28,785 nt of DNA from NCBI GenBank assembly GCA_039797505.1, contig JBDKHS010000215.1, positions 1 through 28,785 of the forward strand. The letters run 5' to 3'. Positions within the stretch are counted from its first letter, which is position 1, and each line of letters begins with the position of its first letter. This document shows positions 1-8,063 of the stretch, in pieces. A model generated the notes under the pieces. That model was not told the DNA's origin and searched no databases. It saw only the letters and a list, made by a program, of their open reading frames with translations. A program made the position numbers and the translations under genes. Source of the DNA: Pseudomonadota bacterium. Its GTDB lineage: Bacteria; Pseudomonadota; Gammaproteobacteria; Beggiatoales; Beggiatoaceae.

Positions 1-195
1 AGCACCGCCGCCGACTGGTGTTTATTTGAACTGCATTATGATAAGAAGCCCAATTGGCACACTTATCAACAATTGTTAGCGTTTTCGCAATATCTCAAAC
101 AAGAATTAGTCGATATGCAGCCGCGTGATATGCTAGATATTTATATTTTTCTGGCTTTGGTGACAAACCATTTATCGAATACGCCCGCTGCCTAA
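1..195 (+). CDS. 3' end of a hypothetical protein (5'-partial)
   Basis: Frame 1 is open from base 1 to TAA at 193-195 (...LHYDKKPNWHTYQQLLAFSQYLKQELVDMQPRDMLDIYIFLALVTNHLSNTPAA*). Absent from the ORF track because it has no start in the window. Confidence 0.65.
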   Translation, partial: STAADWCLFELHYDKKPNWHTYQQLLAFSQYLKQELVDMQPRDMLDIYIFLALVTNHLSNTPAA

Positions 196-228
196 TTTTA
201 TCATTAAGATTTATAAGGAAATATAAGC

Positions 229-528
229 ATGCTGTATGCAATTTTTGGGGAAGATACCCCGAACAGTTTAGCAACCCGTCTTGAAATTCGTCCTGCTCAC
301 CTTGCCCGTCTCGAAGTTTTGAAAGACGAAGGACGCTTGATTTTGGCAGGCCCACATCCTGCGGTAGACTCGGTAGACCCCGGAAATGCAGGTTTTACAG
401 GCAGTTTAGTCGTTGCAGAATTCAGCAATTTGGAAGCCGCAAAAGCTTGGGCTGAGGCAGACCCGTATGCAGAAGCAGGGGTTTATGCTAGGGTCACGGT
501 GAAGCCTTTCCGCAAGACCTTACCATAA
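229..528 (+). CDS. yciI: YciI family protein
   Basis: 99 aa with the YciI motifs [20 protein letters not shown] and ADPY. The stop overlaps the bolA start (TAATG). Confidence 0.92.
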   Translation: MLYAIFGEDTPNSLATRLEIRPAHLARLEVLKDEGRLILAGPHPAVDSVDPGNAGFTGSLVVAEFSNLEAAKAWAEADPYAEAGVYARVTVKPFRKTLP

Positions 529-806
529 TGAGTACGGATCGTATCGCACTGATTAAGGCGCAATTAAACGTTCTTGAGCCTAGCCATCTTGAATTACGCG
601 ATGACAGTGCACAACATAGGGGACATGCGGGTGCTGCGGCAGGCGGGGGACATTTTGCCTTGCTGATTGTCAGTGCTCACTTTGTTGGCAAAACACTTTT
701 ACAACGTCAGCGTTTGGTGTATAGCACTTTAAGCAGTTTGATGAATACGGAAATTCACGCACTGAGTATTAAAGCCTGTACGCCAGATGAGTTTGCGAAG
801 TTTTAA
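528..806 (+). CDS. bolA: BolA family protein
   Basis: Motifs DDSAQHRGHAG, GGHFALLIVSAHF, RQRLVY and IHALSI. Sits in the familiar yciI-bolA-PPIase order. Confidence 0.92.
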   Translation: MSTDRIALIKAQLNVLEPSHLELRDDSAQHRGHAGAAAGGGHFALLIVSAHFVGKTLLQRQRLVYSTLSSLMNTEIHALSIKACTPDEFAKF

Positions 807-1050
807 AGCGGCTTCTAAATCCCCTGAAGGGGACTTTAAAGATTAAATATTTGTCTTTAGCTCCTGTTAGGGGAGGAGAGTCCCAAAGTTGCTTTAAAGA
901 AAGCCCCCAACCCCCTAAAGGGGGCTAAACCTAAAAGATTTTGTCTTAAAAGTCCCCTTTAGGGGATTTAGGGGCTTCTTTAAGCAGTTTGATGAATACG
1001 GAAATTCACGCACTGAGTATTAAAGCCTGTACGCCAGATGAGTTTGCGAA
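727..1050 (+). repeat. Perfect 73-bp direct repeat of the bolA 3' end (727-799 and 978-1050)
   Basis: The sequence ctttaagcagtttgatgaatac...gatgagtttgcgaa occurs at both positions, separated by a 178-bp insert. Confidence 0.95.
811..977. repeat. Inverted doublet of REP-like 'CCCCTAAAGGGG' elements (family A)
   Basis: 901-977 (aagcccccaaccccctaaagggggctaaac...gtcccctttaggggatttaggggctt) plus a degenerate reverse copy at about 811-875. The same core recurs in reverse at 12069-12154. Confidence 0.85.
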
Positions 1051-1081
1051 TAAGCCTTTAACTATTTGAAGACAAAATTAT

Positions 1082-1265
1082 TTTTTCGTCCCCACGCCCC
1101 TGCGTCACAGCCATTAAGTTAGGCGTGGAGTTTTGTATAACACGGAGATGTAAGGACTGGCAGTGCTCAATCACGCTGAACCCAAGACCTGCTAGGTTTT
1201 AAAAACCTAGCAGGTCTAATGCTCGATACTTAATGGCAGTGACGCAGGGGCATGAGAACGAAAAA
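1082..1265. mobile_element. MITE-like composite repeat (family B) with 38-bp terminal inverted repeats
   Basis: 1082-1119 matches the reverse complement of 1228-1265 at 34/38 positions. Interior has aggactggcagtgctc and the palindrome agacctgctaggtttt-aaaaacctagcaggtct (1185-1217). Confidence 0.8.
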
Positions 1266-1350
1266 TACTTTGATAGTCTTATCCTCTCAGAGGATTTAAG
1301 GGCGCAGTTTTTCAATTAAACCTATTTTCCACAACCAAGGAACACCGTGT

Positions 1351-2280
1351 ATGTTAAAGCCTTTAATGCGTAGTTGTTTATTATCTTGTGCGGTGATCAG
1401 TGCCGCTTATGCCGCAGACAGCCAACCTGTTGCGGTGGTGAATGGTAAAGTGATTACAGAACAAGAGTATGATAATTACCTGAAAACCTTGTCCGATCAA
1501 AATCGTAATCCTGCCGAAATCGATGCCAAAACCTTAATTGACAATTTGGTAGAACGTGAATTGGCATTGCAAGATGCCATGAGTCAAAAACTCGATAAAG
1601 ACCCGATGTTTGCACGCAAGTTGGAAGAAATGCGTAGCAACTTATTGGCTGCCACCGCGCTGAATTTGTATCTTGAAAAGCATGCGCCCACCGAAGCCAC
1701 TTTGAAACAGGAATATGACCGTCTCACGGCAAACAAGCCTAAGGAATTCAAAGCAAAACACATTTTGCTGAAAACCGAAGACGAAGCCAAAGCCGTGATT
1801 GAAGAATTAGGCAAGGGCAAGGCTTTTGATGAATTGGCAAAAACCAAATCGACAGATGCAGCGTCTGCCAAAACTGGCGGGGATTTAGGCTGGGTGCGTA
1901 AAAACCAAGTGGTTGCCGATTTTGCTGATGCCTTATTGCACTTGGAAAAAGGCAAAATCACTCAGAAGCCTGTGAAAACGGAATTCGGTTTTCATGTGAT
2001 TTTGTTGGAAGATTTACGTGATGTCGCCGCGCCTGCTTTTGATGGCGTGAAAGACCAAATCAAGAGCATGTTGCAAGCCGGTCAAATGCAAACCTATTTA
2101 GAAGGTTTGAAGAAAACCGCTAAAATCGAAATCTTGAAAAAGATTGATGAAAAAGCCGAAGTGACCGCGCCTGAAACTAAGAAAGTTGAAGCCAAACCCG
2201 CTGACGCTGCAAAAGCTGAAGTGAAAGCGGAAGCAACACCTGCGGAAGCTAAAACTGAAGATAAGCCCTCCGCCAAATAA
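1351..2280 (+). CDS. Exported parvulin-type peptidyl-prolyl cis-trans isomerase (PpiC/PrsA-like)
   Basis: N-terminal signal peptide (...ISAAYA|ADS), VAVVNG, rotamase motifs KAKHILL, FDELAK, GGDLGW and KTEFGFHVI, and an Ala/Glu/Lys/Pro-rich tail. Confidence 0.92.
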   Translation: MLKPLMRSCLLSCAVISAAYAADSQPVAVVNGKVITEQEYDNYLKTLSDQNRNPAEIDAKTLIDNLVERELALQDAMSQKLDKDPMFARKLEEMRSNLLAATALNLYLEKHAPTEATLKQEYDRLTANKPKEFKAKHILLKTEDEAKAVIEELGKGKAFDELAKTKSTDAASAKTGGDLGWVRKNQVVADFADALLHLEKGKITQKPVKTEFGFHVILLEDLRDVAAPAFDGVKDQIKSMLQAGQMQTYLEGLKKTAKIEILKKIDEKAEVTAPETKKVEAKPADAAKAEVKAEATPAEAKTEDKPSAK

Positions 2281-2295
2281 GCGCGTGGTTTAAAC

Positions 2296-2347
2296 ACGCC
2301 CCCATGCTCTTTATTTAACAAGAGTTTGGGGGCGTTTTCATTTTTTT
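2296..2347 (+). terminator. Possible intrinsic terminator or hairpin after the PPIase gene
   Basis: Stem acgccccca...tgggggcgt with inner ctctt/aagag pairing, followed by tttcattttttt. Confidence 0.45.
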
Positions 2348-2366
2348 AAAATATAGCAAAATAATC

Positions 2367-3494
2367 ATGTCCCCAACCCTAGATTTAAGCCTTGATTTAT
2401 TACAACGCGCCTCACTCACCCCCGATGATGCAGGCTGTCAACCACTGCTTGCGGAACGTTTACGCCCTTTAGGTTTTAAGATTGAACCCTTGCGTTTTGC
2501 CGATGTCGATAATTTGTGGGTGCGTTTTGGTGAGACCGCGCCTCTGTTTGTGTTTGCAGGGCATACCGATGTTGTGCCCACGGGCGATGCCAGCGCGTGG
2601 AAATATCCCCCCTTCACTCCCACCATTGACAACGGCATCTTATACGGACGTGGCGCGGCAGACATGAAAGGCGCGATTGCAGCGTTTGTCACAGCCTGTG
2701 AACGTTTTCTTGCCAAACATCCCCAGCCCAAAGGCTCAATTGCGTTATTAATCACCAGCGATGAAGAAGGGCCGTCGATTAATGGCACGGTGAAAGTGGT
2801 TGAACATTTGGAAGCGCGTCATGAAAAAATGAACTGGTGTTTAGTCGGTGAACCCACCAGCGGCACACAATTGGGCGACGCCGTGAAAAATGGACGGCGT
2901 GGCTCATTAACAGGCTATTTAAGCATCGAAGGCGTGCAAGGACATGTTGCTTATCCGCATTTAGCCGACAATCCAATTCACCGTTTTGCGCCCGCCCTGC
3001 AAGCCTTGTGTGATGAAGTTTGGGATCATGGCAATGAATTTTTCCCGCCCACGACTTTTCAAATTTCCAATATTCACGCGGGCACGGGCGCAACTAATGT
3101 GATTCCGCAAACGCTGGATGTGGTGTTTAATTTCCGTCACAGCACCGCCGTCACCAAGCCTGAATTGCAAGCACGGGTGGTGAAAATTTTGGAAACTGCG
3201 GGCTTGAAATATCAGTTGAAATGGGTCAATTCTGGTGAAGCTTTTCTAACTGCCAATGGCGAATTATTAGCAGCAACGCAGCAAGCCATTCAAGAAATCT
3301 GTGGAATTGAGACGGAGTTATCCACCAGCGGCGGCACATCTGACGGGCGTTTCATTGCCCCCACAGGCGCACAGGTTTTGGAGTTAGGTGTGTTAAATGC
3401 GACGATCCACAAAGTGAATGAAGCGGTTGCGGTGCAAGATTTAGAGAATTTATCGCGGATTTATGAACGTATTTTGGAAAAGTTGTTGGGATAA
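2367..3494 (+). CDS. dapE: Succinyl-diaminopimelate desuccinylase
   Basis: 375 aa M20 peptidase with [49 protein letters not shown] and HKVNE. Confidence 0.97.
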   Translation: MSPTLDLSLDLLQRASLTPDDAGCQPLLAERLRPLGFKIEPLRFADVDNLWVRFGETAPLFVFAGHTDVVPTGDASAWKYPPFTPTIDNGILYGRGAADMKGAIAAFVTACERFLAKHPQPKGSIALLITSDEEGPSINGTVKVVEHLEARHEKMNWCLVGEPTSGTQLGDAVKNGRRGSLTGYLSIEGVQGHVAYPHLADNPIHRFAPALQALCDEVWDHGNEFFPPTTFQISNIHAGTGATNVIPQTLDVVFNFRHSTAVTKPELQARVVKILETAGLKYQLKWVNSGEAFLTANGELLAATQQAIQEICGIETELSTSGGTSDGRFIAPTGAQVLELGVLNATIHKVNEAVAVQDLENLSRIYERILEKLLG

Positions 3495-3652
3495 CCCAAA
3501 ACAGCGACCGAACATATTAGTCTTTCAATGTTCATGTGATGGTCACACGACTCTTGTAAGCTGGGTTTGATGTCAGAAACAGGTTCAAGGTGCGCTCTGT
3601 TTTTAGGCGACAGCATTCACGGTTTTTAAGGTCTTCCATGTGAGTCCGAAAG

Positions 3653-3738
3653 CTGTTTTACAGACTGTTTACAGACTGATTTCCAAGATATTTTTGTGGA
3701 AATATGCAATATTCTGAGACTAATAAATATGTTATACT
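3653..3738 (+). promoter_or_regulatory. Candidate promoter: tandem direct repeats plus an extended -10 element
   Basis: tttacagactg occurs twice (3657-3678). TG-t-TATACT at 3730-3738 lies upstream of the 3912 ORF. No good -35 hexamer. Confidence 0.35.
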
Positions 3739-3911
3739 TCAAAGCAGGTAAGATATTGTTTTTGTCATTTCAAAGTGACAGTATATTTTCAGAAAAAACC
3801 ACGATTTAACTATATAAATTAAGCGTTAAATCGCTTCCCCCTTGACTTACATTGATTGCTGAGTGGGAACTGCCAGTTAATGCTTAATCTTCACAGCATA
3901 GAGTCAACAAA

Positions 3912-4604
3912 ATGGACACAGTAACCAACACGCCGCGTCTCGTTTATACGACACCTACGGGAGAAAGCCAAATGGGCAATGAACAAACGTATGCCAACAC
4001 CTTGGATAAACAATTGCGCGTTGCTGAAGTCAGCTTACGTCAAGACGAACCCGCTGAAAAGCTGACCGCAGAAAACGTGCTGGATAATGCAGGCACAGTC
4101 GGCAATATCGACAAAATCCGCGATATTCTCTTTGGCGGACACATGCGCGATTATGACAAGCGTTTCAAGCGCATGGAAGATCGTTATTCGCAAGAAACCA
4201 CACACTTACGCGATGATTTAGCGCAACGCATCCGCGCCCTTGAAGAACTGTTAAACAGCGAAGTGGATGGTCTCACGGAAAAAGCGAAAACGGATCGTCA
4301 AGAACGTCAAGCCGCTCATCAAGAAGTGCTGTATACCGTCAACAGCCTGAAAAATGAATTGAATGCGCGCGTCACCCAATTAGATGAACAATTTGCTAAA
4401 GACGTGAAACAAATGCGTCAGCAAATGCACAGCAAGTTTCAAGAACTGGTGACGCAAATGCGTCAGCAAAATGATAACTTGGTGGGCATGGTTAAGCAGG
4501 AAGTTGGACATTTACAAGAAGACAAAGTCAGCCGCACTGATCTCGCTTCTTTCTTCAGTGAATTCGCCCTGCGTTTGAACAAAGACCCCAAAGCCGATAA
4601 GTAA
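3912..4604 (+). CDS. Uncharacterised long coiled-coil protein
   Basis: Heptad-rich helical sequence after a NIDKIRDILFGGHMRDYDKRFKRME motif, with no TM segment. The true start may be ATG 3972, which has GGAG about 8 nt upstream. Confidence 0.85.
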   Translation: MDTVTNTPRLVYTTPTGESQMGNEQTYANTLDKQLRVAEVSLRQDEPAEKLTAENVLDNAGTVGNIDKIRDILFGGHMRDYDKRFKRMEDRYSQETTHLRDDLAQRIRALEELLNSEVDGLTEKAKTDRQERQAAHQEVLYTVNSLKNELNARVTQLDEQFAKDVKQMRQQMHSKFQELVTQMRQQNDNLVGMVKQEVGHLQEDKVSRTDLASFFSEFALRLNKDPKADK

Positions 4605-4615
4605 GTTTTATCCCC

Positions 4616-4650
4616 CCGCTGCACACAGTTTGCATGCTGGTGTGCAGCGG
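4616..4650. other. Intergenic GC-rich hairpin
   Basis: Perfect 11-bp stem ccgctgcacac (4616-4626) / gtgtgcagcgg (4640-4650) between the coiled-coil gene and the next ORF. Confidence 0.6.
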
Positions 4651-4705
4651 CGAAAATAATTTTTTCCATTCTCTGCCTGACCGCCCCTATTTTTGACTAC
4701 GCCCA

Positions 4706-5713
4706 ATGGATGAATACACCCAACTACGCTCCTTGCTCTTACACGATGATCAACAACGTCTGGCGAATTTAGAGCAACAGCTTGGGAATTCTAAAGCCCT
4801 GAGCCAATCCATCGCGGCGGTTTTACCGACTGCCTTGCAAAATGCCGATACTGTCCCGCTACAATCTGCCCTCCAGCAACCTGTAGAAACCTGTATTAAA
4901 GAGGCAATGCAAAAAAATCCACAAAGTTTCGTCAGACCCTTACTCCCTGCAATGGTCGCACCCGTTAGAACAGTCGTTGCCGAAGCCTTACGCTCAATTC
5001 GTGAATATTTAAATTTACAACAACAGCAATTGACAGGCTTAGACGAGAAATCAGCCGCACTGACTCAGCAGCTTACCGAGCTAAATGATCGATTATTGCC
5101 CTTAGAGGAAACTCTGATTCGCTTTGCTGAATTAGAGCAACGCTTGAATGACACCGAGCACCGTACCCGTGACTTGGCTGACATCTTGCCCAACGCGATT
5201 CGCCAAGTGACCCAACAGGCAAATGTCCAACTTTCATCGCAACCGATGAAAGCCGAAGAATTAGCCGACTCGCTGAAAATTCCCGTCGAGCAATGTTTAA
5301 GACAATCGGTGAATGATGATGCACAAACCTTAGCCGACGCGCTGTTTCCCGTGATGGGGCCTGCGATTCGTAAATCGATTAACGAATCGATGAAAGCGAT
5401 GGTGGAAAAAATCAATGTCGCGGTTGAACAAAGCATTTCCCCGCAATCGGTGGCGTGGCGCATTGAATCCATTCGTCACGGCGTGCCGTATTCACAAATT
5501 GTGATGAAAAACACCTTGGTGTATCGGGTTGAACAAGTGTTCTTAATTCATCGCCAAACGGGTTTACTGATGCAACACGTCTCGCGTGAAGAAAGCGAAG
5601 TCACCGACAGCGATGCGGTTTCTGCCATGTTGACTGCGATTCAAGATTTTATTCGTGACTCGTTTTCATCGAATAAAAGTGATGAATTAGAACGTGCTGA
5701 AGTGGGTGAATAG
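4706..5713 (+). CDS. N-terminal cytoplasmic part of the OmpA-domain protein (helical repeats, coiled coil, start of a longin-like domain)
   Basis: 335 aa ending at TAG 5711-5713 in the middle of an apparent domain (VEQVFLIHRQTGLL...DAVSAMLTAIQDFIRDSF...ELERAEVGE*). Confidence 0.75.
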   Translation: MDEYTQLRSLLLHDDQQRLANLEQQLGNSKALSQSIAAVLPTALQNADTVPLQSALQQPVETCIKEAMQKNPQSFVRPLLPAMVAPVRTVVAEALRSIREYLNLQQQQLTGLDEKSAALTQQLTELNDRLLPLEETLIRFAELEQRLNDTEHRTRDLADILPNAIRQVTQQANVQLSSQPMKAEELADSLKIPVEQCLRQSVNDDAQTLADALFPVMGPAIRKSINESMKAMVEKINVAVEQSISPQSVAWRIESIRHGVPYSQIVMKNTLVYRVEQVFLIHRQTGLLMQHVSREESEVTDSDAVSAMLTAIQDFIRDSFSSNKSDELERAEVGE

Positions 5714-5716
5714 ACC

Positions 5717-7372
5717 GTGTGGCTGGAACGCTCACCCTTTGCCGTGCTGGCATGTGTGGTGCGCGGCATTGCGCCTTACGAATATAAAACCACGATGCGC
5801 GTCACTTTAGAAGCGGTGCACGCACGTTATGGCTTTTTGCTGGAAAATTTTGAGGGCGACAGCACGCCTTTAGAACCTTGTCGCCCCTTATTGCAACAAG
5901 CATTACAAGTTGAAATCAAGAAAAAAGATCAAGAAGGCAAGCCGCAAAATCGTTATTTTTCAAAATCTTTTATTGTGGTGCTGGTGCTTGTCGCGGGTGG
6001 TTTTGCGGCGTGGAATTATTGGCGATGGCAACAAGCGCAACAGTTTAACGCTTATTTAGAAACGCTGCGCCACAGCACAGGCATTACTATTTTAGAAAGC
6101 AAAATCGAAGGCGATCATATTCTGTTACGTGGTTTACGTGACCCACTCGCGCCAGACCCTGTGCAAATGGCAGCGCAATATAATTTGAATGCAGAACAAG
6201 TCAGCAGTCAGTGGGCGTTTTATCAGGATTTAAGCCCAGAATTTGTATTAAAACGTTTAACAGCCGCATTAAATCCTCCTGCTAATGTGAAATTCAATTT
6301 AACTAACGGGATTTTACAAGCCACAGGGCATGCTGATAAAAATTGGATTGATCAATTAAAACATACTGTACTGTTGATGGCGGGGCTGACCAAGCTCGAT
6401 GATAGCCAATTATTAGATAATAATGCGTATTTAGAAAAAACACGGGAACAATTTGAAGTTTTCTTGCTGACTTTGAAAGCCACGCAGGGCATTGTGGTGG
6501 TGTCTTCAGAAGTGAAAAATGGACATCGTGAAATAACAGGCTTGCGAGACCCGATTGCAGAAGACCCCGCGAAGTGGTTGCCTGATTTTCAGCTAGAAGA
6601 CATCGCGATGAATTGGACTCCGTATCAGGATTTAACGCCGTCTTTTGTGGAAAAACGCGCCCGTTTGCGTTTGGCTGTGCCTGAAACCGTGCAATTGAGC
6701 GTGAAAGAAGGGCGCATGAGCGTACAAGGCTACGCGCCTAAGGCATGGATTGAGCATGTGCAAACGGCTTGGCAAGGTATTGCAGGCGTAGAACAAGCGG
6801 ATTTCAGCCAGTTGTTAGAACGTGATGCTTATTTGCTGGCGTATGCGCAGCGTGAATTGTTGCCGCCCAAGAGTTTAAAATTAGAAGTTAAAGAGGGTAT
6901 TTTAAACTTTGATGGCTGGGTTGAAGATGCAGGCTTTGCCAAAATGCAGCAACAAGTGAAAGCTTTAGAGGGCTTTGAGTCGATTAAGTTGCAGAATTTA
7001 TTAAGCCGTGAAAAATTCCGTCAGTTGACGGTGCAACGCTTAGAAAAAATCATGGTTTATTTCAATCAGGATGCGGGTTTTGGCGATCATCAAGAAAATA
7101 ATTTGCGCGGGGTTTTGGATTTGTGGCAAAGATTATTGACGGTAACGCCCACGCCACCGCGTTTACAATTGATTGGGCATACTGATGGTATTGGTACGCA
7201 AGAACAAAATCGTCGCTTAAGTATTCAACGTGCTGAGGCAGTTTATCGTTGGTTGGTGAATCAAGGGCTTGCTGAGGCAAAGTTAGAACCTGCTTATCCC
7301 AGTCATATTCCTTTTGGGGAAACTGTGGTGAACTTTAAGGAGCGGCGTGTGAGTTTTAAAGTTTTGTTTTGA
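5717..7372 (+). CDS. C-terminal part: TM helix, periplasmic repeats and OmpA-like peptidoglycan-binding domain
   Basis: Same frame as 4706-5713. TM helix FIVVLVLVAGGFAAW, duplicated GLRDP...YQDL repeats, and OmpA_C motif GHTDGIGTQEQNRRLSIQRAEAV. Confidence 0.8.
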   Translation: MWLERSPFAVLACVVRGIAPYEYKTTMRVTLEAVHARYGFLLENFEGDSTPLEPCRPLLQQALQVEIKKKDQEGKPQNRYFSKSFIVVLVLVAGGFAAWNYWRWQQAQQFNAYLETLRHSTGITILESKIEGDHILLRGLRDPLAPDPVQMAAQYNLNAEQVSSQWAFYQDLSPEFVLKRLTAALNPPANVKFNLTNGILQATGHADKNWIDQLKHTVLLMAGLTKLDDSQLLDNNAYLEKTREQFEVFLLTLKATQGIVVVSSEVKNGHREITGLRDPIAEDPAKWLPDFQLEDIAMNWTPYQDLTPSFVEKRARLRLAVPETVQLSVKEGRMSVQGYAPKAWIEHVQTAWQGIAGVEQADFSQLLERDAYLLAYAQRELLPPKSLKLEVKEGILNFDGWVEDAGFAKMQQQVKALEGFESIKLQNLLSREKFRQLTVQRLEKIMVYFNQDAGFGDHQENNLRGVLDLWQRLLTVTPTPPRLQLIGHTDGIGTQEQNRRLSIQRAEAVYRWLVNQGLAEAKLEPAYPSHIPFGETVVNFKERRVSFKVLF

Positions 7373-7405
7373 TTAAGAAAGAGTAGAAAATTGAGTAGTC
7401 GTAGT

Positions 7406-7454
7406 AGTCGTAGGGTGGAATAGCGTAGCGTATTCCACCAAGAAACGTGATAAC
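7406..7454 (+). repeat. REP-like GTAG hairpin repeat (family D)
   Basis: agtcgtagggtggaatagcgtagcgtattccaccaagaaacgtgataac, with an identical 49-bp copy in reverse orientation at 14421-14469. Confidence 0.85.
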
Positions 7455-7561
7455 TTTTAAATGCAACATTTAAAGACTAAACAAGTGTTTAGCCCTAGGA
7501 CGTGTCATCAATTAAGTGAAGTGGTCTGTTTCAGCGGCGTGTAGCGCAGATTTAAATCTGA

Positions 7562-7820
7562 AACTGCGCCCCCAACTCCCTAAAGGGGAGAGCTAGTGCA
7601 AGAAGCATAATGCTTTTTAAAACATAGGATTACGCTAGTTTTTCTTTTTCTTAATTTCATATATTTGTGTATTTAGCCGCTTATTTTGTCTATTTACGAC
7701 CCTTTTTTAACTTATTTTTATAACGAGTCTTTTATAAAAATAGCAGACTAAATATTATAACTATATGATAATAAATTATTCTTCTTGCATTGGCTCTCCC
7801 CTTTAGGGGATTTAGGAGCT
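7562..7820. mobile_element. Long family-A element with an AT-rich interior (MITE-like)
   Basis: Inverted ends ccctaaaggggagagctagtgcaagaag and cttcttgcattggctctcccctttagggg, sharing terminal motifs with 901-977. Confidence 0.75.
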
Positions 7821-7830
7821 TGTTTAAGCA

Positions 7831-7947
7831 TAGGAGTTACGCAGTTGAATCGGTAACTGTTTGATTTTACTAGAAACATGATTGTGCGGCGCACAATAAT
7901 AACTCATTGTAAATAAAAGAATTAATATTTCAACTGCGTAACTCCTA
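7831..7947. mobile_element. 117-bp MITE (family C) with 19-bp terminal inverted repeats
   Basis: taggagttacgcagttgaa (7831-7849) / ttcaactgcgtaactccta (7929-7947), a perfect match with TA ends. A half copy lies at 10913-10950. Confidence 0.85.
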
Positions 7948-7965
7948 GGGTTGGGCGTTTTTCTT

Positions 7966-8039
7966 AGACCTGCTAGGTTTAAAAAACCTAGCAGGTCTTG
8001 AATCAATCATGATGCAGGACTGCGAGCACTGCCAGTCCT
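7966..8039 (-). repeat. Family B core (palindrome plus AGGACTGGCAGTGCTC)
   Basis: agacctgctaggttt-aaa-aaacctagcaggtct (7966-7998) followed by gagcactgccagtcct. This is the 1153-1219 layout in reverse. Confidence 0.85.
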
Positions 8040-8063
8040 ATGACCATCCAAGTTACGAAAACC

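Larger units (their letters stand above)
4706..7372 (+). pseudogene. Alternative reading: one 888-codon OmpA-family gene interrupted by a single in-frame amber codon
   Basis: GAA TAG ACC GTG TGG at 5708-5722. The reading frame continues without any shift. Confidence 0.6.

Noticed and set aside
903-975. Family A core length (73 bp) equals the bolA duplication length
   Set aside because: The element boundaries are ambiguous by several bases, so this is probably coincidence.
2140-2277. Repetitive Ala/Glu/Lys/Pro tail of the PPIase
   Set aside because: An ordinary low-complexity extension with no exact DNA repeat unit.
3540-3645. 6S RNA-like words (ccttaaaa, accttgaacc) on the minus strand
   Set aside because: Only two short matches. 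The partner GGTTCAAG arm and the long closing stem are not evident.
5714-5800. Pyrrolysine or selenocysteine recoding signal after the TAG
   Set aside because: The codon is TAG, so Sec does not apply. No convincing downstream hairpin or pyl genes are visible, so recoding stays an untested option.
7824-8006. 60-aa minus-strand ORF
   Set aside because: Made entirely of family B and C repeat sequence.
7373-8063. Possible CRISPR array among the palindromes
   Set aside because: No regularly spaced identical repeats with unique spacers, and no cas genes.
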